From Octopus bimaculoides (lineage: Eukaryota): DNA of 32,081 bases. This document shows positions 1 through 9,474 of this stretch, in pieces. Position 1 is the first letter of the stretch. The number at the start of each line of letters is the position of its first letter. The translations under genes were made by a program, and so were the position numbers. A model generated the notes under the pieces. The model worked only from the letters and a program-made list of their open reading frames with translations, made no database searches and was not told the DNA's origin. The stretch is from the NCBI RefSeq assembly GCF_001194135.2, contig NC_069004.1:17446131-17478211 (forward strand). The letters run 5' to 3'.

Positions 1-115
1 AAAGTTGATGCCAACATCATTTGGAATATTCATGGATAATATATACATTCCTTGTTTATATATATATACAACTTAACGTAACAAAAATAAACTGAATAAA
101 CTTGTAGTAACGCTG

Positions 116-143
116 TGCGCATGCGTAGTCTCACGCATGCGTG
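116..143. promoter_or_regulatory. Two adjacent NRF1-like motifs in a locally CpG-rich patch (candidate promoter)
   Basis: TGCGCATGCGT at 116-126 and palindromic CACGCATGCGTG at 132-143 resemble the NRF1 consensus YGCGCAYGCGCR. No transcript or exon is identified. Confidence 0.3.
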
Positions 144-1455
144 GAATTAAACATCCAAGCTTTCCCGCTTTGATCGCTCTCTTTCTTGCTGGCCAGCGAT
201 TGAGCAAGGACGTGTCTAGCTGTCTCTCCATCTTTCGAACTCACGTTAGACAGCTCACATCAACATACCGATGTCCCAACAACCATGTTCTCACACACAG
301 AAGGCGCCTCAACAAACAAGATTAAAGATGTATATTTTCCACCATGAATAAATATTGTAGAGTTGATAGTTTGGAGTTCAGCGTTCCGTTCAATTTCTAA
401 TTTAATATAGGAAAGCAGGTGTACATCTAATGATGTATAACCCACTTTCCTATAAACTTAATAAGCGACTGACACCTCAGAATATGTTTTTACTCATTTA
501 TAACTTGAGGATAAAATACTTTATGTATTAAGGCCTCTTTGAGTTCCCACACATACCAACACTAATGGAATGTGCACATAGACACATACCCTGCAGTCTC
601 TTTCTCACTCTCTCTCACACACACCCAGCTAATCTAATGTCTGATTGTGTGAGTTTGAGTACATGTATGAGTGTGCCAATAACATTCACGTGTGTGTGAG
701 TGTGTGTGTACATTTCCTCGTAGTGTTTGTTTGAATCGCTTTCACAGTCGTACACACTTTTATCATTCAATTTCCACAGGAATAACCATTTACACTTTGA
801 TATATTTTGTTAAATTATAATGAATAACATAACTGTTTTTTTTTTTTGGTCTCAAATTTTGAACTTTGACCAACAAAGTAGAGAGAAGGAGAGATAAAAA
901 GAGTGACGAGCTGATTACGGCATATTGCAATTGGGCATACGCAAAGCTCTTAACTTACGACCTAACTTATGAATTAAACTGTTGTTGATGTTACTTTCTC
1001 ACGTTGGGACAAATAACTGCGTCATTTTGTGAACTTCTTTTCATTTCCTTCCCATATTTCGCTCCTTCTTTGTCTCTATTTTATTCATGAAAAGATATAA
1101 AAATAACGGGCAGAAACAAATGGGTTATTACGGTCATTTATACTACATTTCAGACGAACCAATTTATTTTTATTTCAAACTGGATTTGCTTTTCTGTAAC
1201 TGCAGTTTTGATTTGATTGTTAAAATGTTCAGTTTGTATATGTTAATCATTACCTTTTTCATTGGATAGATTGATCTGGTAAGGAGAATCGGGTTTAAGG
1301 CAACGAAGTATAGCTCTTTGTACTTTTACATATGAACGAGGAGTTCTTATTTAGTAAATGACAACCGACATCTCTTTCAGATAACATCCTACAGTCTTTA
1401 AAAAAAAAGTATGAGTAATATCTCGATCCTCACCAAGGGTACATAATTTTTTATT

Positions 1456-1787
1456 GGTGCAGACGTGTCTGTGTGGTGAGTGGCCTGCTTCCTAACCATA
1501 GGGTTAGGGGTTCAGTTCAACTGCGTGGCACCCTGGGCAAGTGACTTATACTATAGCCTCGGTCCAATCAAAGAGTGGAGTTGGCAGACGGAAACTGAAA
1601 GAAGCTCTTCGCGCGCGTGCGAACTGATGTCTGTGTTTATCCCCCACCCCACCATCTGACAACGCGTGCTAGTCTGTTTACGTCCCCGTAACTAAGTAGT
1701 TCGGAAAAAAAAAAAAAACGATAGAATAAGTATCAAGCTTAAAAAATTGAGTACTGCAGTCTAATGGCTGGAACAAAAAATAAAAGA
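1456..1787 (+). mobile_element. tRNA-headed SINE, family A (decayed)
   Basis: A-box-like GTCTGTGTGG, B-box-like GGTTCAGTTC, CORE-like GTGGCACCCTGGGCAAGTG and GGAAACTGAAAGAAGC, all shared with the copies at 2826 and 7284. Confidence 0.8.
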
Positions 1788-1861
1788 TATATGATGGAAT
1801 GGTCATATTCGGAACATCTTTGATTCTAATCTCGATCAGGCCAACCTCAACCTACGCAAAA

Positions 1862-1918
1862 TATCATCCTCGTTGTCACCATTGAACATCCGTTTTCGAT
1901 GCTGACATGGGGTGGACT
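1862..1918 (-). mobile_element. Short 3' tail fragment of the (GAT)n-tailed retroposon
   Basis: Reverse complement resembles CCAACCCATGCCAGCACGGAAAACAGGCATTAAATGATGATG at 22055-22095. Confidence 0.5.
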
Positions 1919-2066
1919 TATACAGCATGAATTATTTCTCATTATTTATGCTTCTTCCTCACATAAAGGCATTAATGAATGAGTAAGATGTAATCCATTT
2001 TTATAGGTGCAGCATGGTAAAATAGTTAAGAAGTTCACGTCTCAATCACAAGATCCAGGGTTCGAT

Positions 2067-2068
<2 letters not shown>

Positions 2069-2103
<35 letters not shown>
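2069..2103. repeat. (TA)n microsatellite
   Basis: Direct reading; further (TA)n tracts at 2341-2361, 2573-2604 and 12576-12606. Confidence 0.95.
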
Positions 2104-2106
<3 letters not shown>

Positions 2107-2340
2107 AGAGTAAGCGCATAAATGTGAAACAAGATGGAAAAAATAGTACTCGAATACCAGAGGTAGAGTAATATGCTTTTTAAAAAAGCACCGAAAATAT
2201 CATGTAAACTGTTTATCAGAGTTTCACGTTCCCGTTTGTCGGACAGTTTTGTTTACTTTCTAAACAAAACTGTCTGACGAATGGGAACGTAAAACTCTGA
2301 GCGACAGTTTTTGCGATACTTTTGTTGCTTTTTAATAAAG
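2104..2340. mobile_element. Penelope-like (PLE) terminal-repeat fragment with fold-back inverted repeat, between (TA)n tracts
   Basis: Arms ~2175-2255 and 2261-2340 are reverse complements around a 5-nt loop (CTTTC). Each arm holds a decayed hammerhead motif. The PLE assignment is inferred from the motif type. Confidence 0.6.
2270..2307 (+). ncRNA. Degenerate minimal type-I hammerhead ribozyme motif
   Basis: CTGT-CTGACGA-ATG GGAA CGT-AAAA-CTC T GAG-CG-ACAG. Stem I CTGT/ACAG and the CUGANGA core are present, but GAAA reads AAAA and the NUH site is lost. The minus-strand mirror at 2209-2246 keeps GAAA but reads CCGACAA. Confidence 0.55.
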
Positions 2341-2571
2341 TATATATATATATATATATATACACACACATATATACAAGAGCTATGGTATGGATCTTAC
2401 ATTTATATATATATATATTCATGTAAGTCAGGGTTCTTCATTCCATATCAACTATCTCTGATGATCAAAGGGTTATATAATCAAATTGTTACCTAACACT
2501 CTGTTGTACCCCAAGCACGAAACTGTTTGCTAAGATAAGCCTTAATGGGTATATAATACTGTACACTTCAG

Positions 2572-2606
<35 letters not shown>

Positions 2607-2825
2607 GCCTTAATTGGATATATAATACTGTACACTTTGATACACACACATATATATGTATGTGTGGTTGGTATATAATGCTAGGCCCTTGCGCCACTGA
2701 TATGGCTTTTTGACTCTAATATAAACACTATATATTCAGTACTATTTCTCCCTCCCCCCCCACACACATACAAACAGTTTCATTCAGCTCCACATTACCT
2801 AAGCTTAAATATAAATTTTTGACTA

Positions 2826-3188
2826 GGCACAGCGTGGCTGTGTGGTAAGAAGCTTGCTTCCAAACCACATGGTTCCGAGTTCAGTTCCACTGACTACTAT
2901 AGCCGCGGGCCGACCAAAGCCTTGTGAGTTGATTTGCTAGATGGAAACTGAAAGAAGCCTGTTGTATATATGTATATGTATATATTTGTGTGTGTGTCTG
3001 TGCTTGTCCCCCCAGCATTGCTTGACAACCGGTGTTGGTGTGTTTACATCCTAGTAACTTAGCAGTTCGGAGAAAGAGACCGATAGAATAAGTACTAGGC
3101 TTACAAAGAATAAGTCCTGTGGTGGATTTGTTCGACTAAAAGGCAGTGCTCCAGCATGGCTGCAGTCAAATGACTGGAACAAGTAAAT
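2826..3188 (+). mobile_element. tRNA-headed SINE, family A (near full length)
   Basis: GGCACAGCGTGGCTGTGTGGTAAGAAGCTTGC head, GGTTCCGAGTTCAGTTCC B-box region, internal TA/TG microsatellite, and tail CTCCAGCATGGCTGCAGTCAAATGACTGGAACAAGTA. Confidence 0.9.
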
Positions 3189-3495
3189 AACTGAAATGAA
3201 ATATGGAGCTATTGTCGAGCACTTTCAACAACAACAATGGATGTTTTTTTGTTTGTTTGTTTGTTTGTGTGTAAAAATGAACCAACATTAAAAAAAAATT
3301 CTATCAGTTGAAACAACATTAGACAAAATATTTCCAGTGATATTTACAATTTAGAAATACTTCATTATGTATGGATTCAATACTTTATATAATTATAAAA
3401 AACAGAAAGGGAAAAATTAGAAGCAGAGGAGAAATAAGATTATATCAGATTCATTCAGCTGTTTACTTCTTAACTGAACATTAAACTGACTAATA

Positions 3496-3715
3496 AGGTA
3501 GTGAACTGGCAGAATCGTTTGCAGACTGGGTAGAATGCTTTCTGACATTTCGTCTGTCTCTACACATTCTGAGCTCAAATTTTGCTGAGGTCGACTTTGC
3601 CTTTCATTCTTTTGGGGTCAATAAAGTAAGTACCAGTTAAGTACTGAGGTCGATATAATCAACTTACCCCATCCCCTGAAATTGCTGGCTTTACACCAAA
3701 ATGTAAAACAAATAT
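3496..3715 (+). mobile_element. tRNA-headed SINE, family B
   Basis: GAACTGGCAGAATCG head, GAGCTCAAATT B-box region, body GAGGTCGACTTTGCCTTTCATTCTTTTGGGGTCAATAAAGTAAGTACCAG. Confidence 0.85.
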
Positions 3716-4033
3716 TAAATAAGACCTGACTATTAAATAAGACTTGACTATTAAATAAGACCTGACTATTAAATATGACCTGACTATTAAATATGACCTG
3801 ACTATTAAATAAGACCTGACTATTAAATATGACCTGACTATTAAATAAGACCTGACTATTAAATAAGACCTGACTATTAAATAAGACCTGACTATTAAAT
3901 AAGACCTGACTATTAAATAAGACCTGACTATTAAATATGACTTGACTATTAAATAAGACCTGACTATTAAATATGACCTGACTATTAAATAAGACCTGAC
4001 CATTAAATAAGACCTGACTATTAAATAAGACCT
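3713..4033. repeat. 18-bp minisatellite (TATTAAATAAGACCTGAC)n, ~17.8 copies
   Basis: Head-to-tail units with only AAG/ATG and CCT/CTT variants. This array explains the IVRSYL ORF. Confidence 0.97.
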
Positions 4034-4594
4034 AAGTCAATATTATGTTCTCTTGAACAATTGATTTCATTCTCTTCAAATTCATTCATCCATTCATTGG
4101 TGTGCCATTTATTTTCTTTCATCTTTTATCCTTTATTCTATTGAGACAGACCTGAAGCAGATTTGGAGTAGTAAGAAAATGTCATTGATGAGGTCATGAG
4201 TGGTGACAAAAGGGCTTTGACAAACATAATTGATTTGTTAATTGGATGAAATAGTTATTTGCCAATTGGTTAATTATTTTGGACCTTGAGTTCAGAATGC
4301 TGTATTTTAAAATGGTCAAGAGTCTAGAGACTTTAATCTTATTAACAATTAAAGTTGCCACAACTAGACTATTGACCATTTTAAACTACAACATTCTGAG
4401 TTCAAGGCCCCAAATAATTAACCATTGGTTTTATTTATTACTGACATTATGACATTCCCAAGATGCAACAGAATCTGTTTCAACCCATGATTTCACATCA
4501 AGAATCTTACAAAGGAAAAAAACAACAAAAAGTTATCTTTTAACTTTTTTTTATTGTCATCACTATGGAAATGTTAAAATTGAGAGAAAATGCT

Positions 4595-4808
4595 GTTTCA
4601 GATTTTGGCACAAGGCCAGCAATTTTTGGGGAGGGGATTAGTTGATTACATTGACTCCTGTATTCAACTGGTACTTATTTTATATACTCCAAAACGATGA
4701 AAGGCAATGTTGGCCTCAGTGGAATTTGAACTCAGAATGTAAGGATGGACTAGATTCTGCTAAGTATTATATCCAGTATGCTAATGAATCTACCACCTTT
4801 CCACCTTA
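4595..4808 (-). mobile_element. SINE family B (decayed)
   Basis: Plus strand reads AACTGGTACTTATTT...GATGAAAGGCAATGTTGGCCTCAGTGGAATTTGAACTCAGAATG, the reverse complement of the family B body. Confidence 0.8.
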
Positions 4809-4896
4809 CTGAGGGAAAGTATAGTATGCAGGTGACAGCTGCAAAGTATTTTTTTGCTTGAAGTTACAGGTCCGTCAGTTTTCTTGAGGATCTTCT

Positions 4897-5318
4897 TACT
4901 TTACTTGTTTCAGTCATTGGACTGTGACCATGCAGGGGCACCACCTTGAAGGATTTAGTTGAACAACCTGACCCCAGTATTTATTTTTGTTTTTTGAGCC
5001 TAGTTTGGTACTTTTTTTTTTATCATTCTCTTTTGCTGAAATGGTATGTTATAGAGGAAGTAAATAAACCAGAACCAGTTGTCAAGAATCGGAAGGGACA
5101 CAAATGACACAAACACAAATAGATATAAATTTAAATAATGTGTGTCTTTCTGTTTCCATCTACCAAATCTACTTTCAAGGCCTTGAAATATACATTTCAA
5201 GGCCTTGGTCGGCCTGGGGCTATAGTAGAAGACACTTGTTCAAGGTGTCACACAGTGGGACTGAACTCAGAACCATAAGGTCAGGAAACCAACTTCTTGC
5301 CACACAGCCTACTCTTAT
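4897..5318 (-). mobile_element. SINE family A
   Basis: Plus strand reads TTTTACTTGTTTCAGTCATTGG (tail) through GTGGGACTGAACTCAGAACC...CCACACAGCC (head). Confidence 0.85.
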
Positions 5319-5349
5319 GGATGTTTTGATGTCCAGATTTTTCACTGAC

Positions 5350-5616
5350 ATACATTAGATGCATACACACACACACACATAATACACACATACATACATA
5401 CATACATACATACATACGTGCATACATACATACATACATACATACATACATACGTGCATACATACATACATACATACATACGTGCATACATACATACATA
5501 CATACGTACATACATACATACATACATACATGCATACATACGTGCATACATACATACGTGCATACACACATACATACATACATGCATGCATACATACATA
5601 CATACATACATACACA
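5350..5616. repeat. (TACA)n microsatellite with CGTG/TGCA variant units
   Basis: Direct reading; the tract resumes at 5851-5918 after a SINE. It is the source of the MYVC/HTYI ORFs. Confidence 0.95.
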
Positions 5617-5617
5617 A

Positions 5618-5850
5618 GGCGGCGAGCTGGCAGAAACGTTAGCATGCTGGGCGAAATGCTTAGCGGTATTTCGTCTGCCGCAACATTCTGAGTTCAAATT
5701 CCGCCGAGGTCGACTTTGCCTTTCATCCTTTCGGGGTCAATTGAATAAGTACCAGTTACGCACTGGGGTTTATATAATCGACTTAATCTGTTTGTCTGTT
5801 CTTGTTTGTCCCCTCTGTGCGTAGCCCCTTGTGAGTAGTAAAAAAATAAT
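5618..5850 (+). mobile_element. SINE family B (young, CpG-intact copy)
   Basis: GGCGGCGAGCTGGCAGAAACGTTAGC...TTCTGAGTTCAAATTCCGCCGAGGTCGACTTTGCC; high similarity by eye to 16897-17132 and 25523-25738. Confidence 0.92.
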
Positions 5851-5934
5851 ACATACATACACACACAAACACATACATACATACATACATACATACATAC
5901 ATACATACATACATACATAGATGGCTGGATGGAT

Positions 5935-6150
5935 GGGCAGTGGATTGGCAGATATGTTAGAGTGTTCGGCAAAATGCTTTACAGTATTTCTTCTAGCTCT
6001 ATACCCTTTGAGTTCAAACCTAATCAGAGTCAATTTTGCTTTCATCTTCCCAGAGCCAATAGAATAAAGTACCAGTCATGTACTGAAGTGGATATAAACT
6101 ACTAGCCCCAGCCCTCAAAATTGTTAGCCTTGTGCTTAAATTAGAAAGAA
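5935..6150 (+). mobile_element. SINE family B (old)
   Basis: Degenerate match: GGCAAAATGCTTTACAGTATTTC, TTGAGTTCAAA, AATAAAGTACCAGTC. Confidence 0.65.
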
Positions 6151-6217
6151 TTATTTTAAAATTAGAAACAAGTATAGCATCATTCAGGCAATTGAATCTG
6201 TGACACTTATTCTATAA

Positions 6218-6760
6218 CAGAGGTCACCAAACTACAGCCTGTGGGCTGGATCCGGCCTGCGAGGTCAGTTCATCCAGCCAACCACTGCCACACTGTACCT
6301 TTTGTGTATGTACCTACAATGAGAGTTCATTTGCCTCTGGTATGGCATCAGTGTTTGGAACAACTTATGTCTGTCTGAGCAAACATTTTCAAAAATGAAG
6401 TATGTGAAGTCAGCTCATCGAATGAGGTTGACTGATGAACATTTGAAAGCAATTCTCTTGGTTGGATGCAGCAATTCCAAAGCAAATATTGATTATATCA
6501 TAAAAGCTAAACACCAGTTTCACAAATCTCACAAACCTTTTTTGCTGCTTATTTTGTGAGAATCGGATATGTGCACACTGGGTGTGATACAACTATCTTA
6601 TTGCCAATGTCACCTTCTTTGATAACTCATTGGTAAATAAATATGTTGGTTGTCTTTATTTTTTGTGTATTCACTGTATTGTATTGAATGAAATGGTTAT
6701 GCAGCCCATGTTCATCATTCAGTTATCTGGCCCGTCGCAGAAAAAGTTTGGTGACTCCTG
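6218..6760 (+). mobile_element. Internally deleted hAT (Charlie/Buster-type) DNA transposon
   Basis: TIRs CAGAGGTCACCAAACT and AGTTTGGTGACTCCTG (14/16 match). 8-bp TSD ttctataa/ctctataa. The interior encodes a hAT dimerisation-domain remnant, FGTTYVC/EQTFSKMKYVKSAHRMRLTDEHLKAIL, with one frameshift. Confidence 0.92.
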
Positions 6761-6794
6761 CTCTATAAGATTGTCCTATGAATGAGTAACATAT

Positions 6795-6975
6795 AAAGTG
6801 ACTTCTGTTACACCTAATATGTGAAGCATAGCATGTGTGACAGCAGATGTGTAACACAAAGTGATTTCTGTTACACTCAATATGTGAAACATTGAATGTG
6901 TGACAGCAGATGTGTAACAAAATGTGGCTTCAATCACCCAATTTATAAAGCAGAATGTATGACACCAAATGTGCT
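6795..6975. repeat. 63-bp tandem duplication (2 good copies plus a decayed third)
   Basis: AAAGTGA(C/T)TTCTGTTACAC...GTGTGACAGCAGATGTGTAACA begins at ~6795 and ~6858. Confidence 0.75.
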
Positions 6976-7283
6976 GTTCTAACAGTGAAACTTGTCACAT
7001 AACAGATGTGCTACATGTGGTACTCAATGTGTCACATGGCAACCAAAATGTGAGATATTCTTGGAACTGTTTTCCCATTTATATCCCAATTCCTATTTAG
7101 CTGAGCATGATGACCACAAATTCTCATTCATATAAAAATATATTCTGATGCAAAATGATAGAGGTAGCATCACGTCTTCCCCCAGTTTTAATTCTTGATT
7201 ATAGCTCCACTTACATTTTGAATGTCTTTGAGATGGGTATGAATGTCACAACTTCATATATCATCTGTTCTTATATGTATATA

Positions 7284-7790
<507 letters not shown>

Positions 7791-8072
7791 ATGCATGCAC
7801 AGAGTTGAGATTACCTATGTTGTTACTTAGTCTCTGTTTAATCCTGATCAACCAGCCTATGATGAAAGACAATCCAATCATGGCAATCCAATCTTTTTGA
7901 AGGGTATCTACTGCATTTTCTAACACTTAAAGTAACCATGGAGAGGCTTATTCGTTGGCTGAAGATGTCCGACATCATCGTGGTTATATTTGTTTGTCAT
8001 CTCTGTATATCAATTTAGTCATTTACTACACTTCACATTCTATTTATTCATGGCTGTCTAATTAACGGTTAT

Positions 8073-8309
8073 GTTTCAGTCATTGGACTACAACCATGCA
8101 GGGGCACTGCCTTGAAGGGTTTTAATTGAGTGAATCAACCCCAGTACTTATTTTGTTTTTCCCCTTTAAGTCAGGTAACCTATTTGGTTGGTCTATTCTG
8201 CTGAACTGCTAGGTTACAGGGATGTAAACAAACTGGCACCAGTTGTTAAGTGGTGGTGGGGGACAGACACTAGCACACACACACACTCGCACATGCACAC
8301 ACACACACT

Positions 8310-8351
<42 letters not shown>

Positions 8352-8438
8352 ATGGGCTTTCTTTTTTGTTTCCATCTAACAAATTTGCTCATAATGCTTT
8401 AGTCAACCTGGTGCTGTAGTTGAAGATACTTGCCCAAG
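8073..8438 (-). mobile_element. SINE family A lacking the tRNA head, internal (CA)n expanded
   Basis: Plus strand reads GTTTCAGTCATTGGAC (tail) to GAAGATACTTGCCCAAG (CORE-like segment); (CA)n at ~8275-8350. Confidence 0.8.
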
Positions 8439-8489
8439 CTCCAACTATTCTAATAGATATTTTTTCATTTCTTGAGCATAACCCTAAGA

Positions 8490-9110
8490 GGCAGAAACAA
8501 CAGAATTGACCAGATATAATCTGACTGACCTGATGCTGCTTGTCCATGTCCACATTGTCACATGGTGGAGACCTGTTATTATCTGTTAGTCTGCTGCAAA
8601 TATCTGAGCAGATTTACGAAGCTTTTACACCCTCTACCTAATCAACCATCTTCACACAGTCCAGATGTGTATCCAAGATGATGTTCCAATTACCCGCTAG
8701 CAATAAAGTATGAGATGTTCCTAGGAAAACCCCACAGATGCCTGAAGATCTCCCTCCACTGTTGTCCCAGTTGGGGCATTCATGGCGACTAGTGCAAAAA
8801 CACCACTGTTCACATCAAGGACCCTCAGTTTATTATCCATGTCCAGGATATTGACTGAATTCTGAGGTCCAGGACTTTCAGAAACATCACTGCTGCCCCA
8901 CCTCACATTTCAGGTCAGTTCAAAGATGTACAGATCTAAAAGTCATCAAGAATGGGTGTATGGTATGCGTGTCACAAATCTCAGTCTTACTGATCGCTTC
9001 CATATCCAAAGCTACTGACTTGATGTCATTGTGCAGGCATCTCTGCTTCTTGGGGGAGCCCAGGCCTTGTACACTTATGCTACCCACTCTTAAGGCTACA
9101 ATATTAGTAG
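8490..9110 (-). mobile_element. L1/Tx1-like LINE ORF2 AP-endonuclease remnant
   Basis: Frameshifted translation: ALRVGSISVQGL...LDMEAISKTEI, DNKLRVLDVNSGVFALVAMNAPTG, LLLAGNWNIILD (GDxN-type motif), WTWTSSIRSVRLYL. These are the EN motifs in the expected order. Confidence 0.8.
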
Positions 9111-9474
9111 GAAAGAAAGGAAAAAGAAACAAGGTCAGCTACCTTTATGTTTTTCCTGTTGACAATAGTGTTATTAAAATCCCTTCTGTATATGGAATTC
9201 CTTGGAGGAAATCCCGATGGAAGCTTTTCGAGGTTATAACGCTTAAGAAACTCCCTCTCCTTTTCCTGTATCTCTCTATTTGTAGCCTTACCAATTTCAG
9301 GTCCTCCAGGATTTTAGCTGTTTTATTGAAAGTCCCCTCCTCTATGTATCCTCTTTGTGTTATGTAAGAGAGATGTTCTTTATTTTTTTCTTTCAACTGT
9401 CCCAAAGTTGGATGTGGGTACAATTTGTTACAATTTGTTGTTTTTGTTGTTGTTGGATTTGCTTATTTAGTTGG

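Noticed and set aside
3659-4003. 114-aa IVRSYL-repeat ORF as a gene
   Set aside because: It is the stop-free frame of an 18-bp tandem repeat, with no other coding evidence.
5281-5972. MYVC/HTYI-type ORFs (also near 2311, 7541, 8188, 11508, 12222, 18205, 18950, 23960)
   Set aside because: These are translations of microsatellites.
6723-6920. His/Cys-rich repeat ORF as a zinc-finger array
   Set aside because: The period is 21 residues rather than 28, and the C/H spacing does not fit C2H2 or CCHC.
7955-7990. Third hammerhead at GGCTGAAGATGTCC
   Set aside because: It has a CUGAAGA-like core, but no stem II, GAAA or stem I partner follows.
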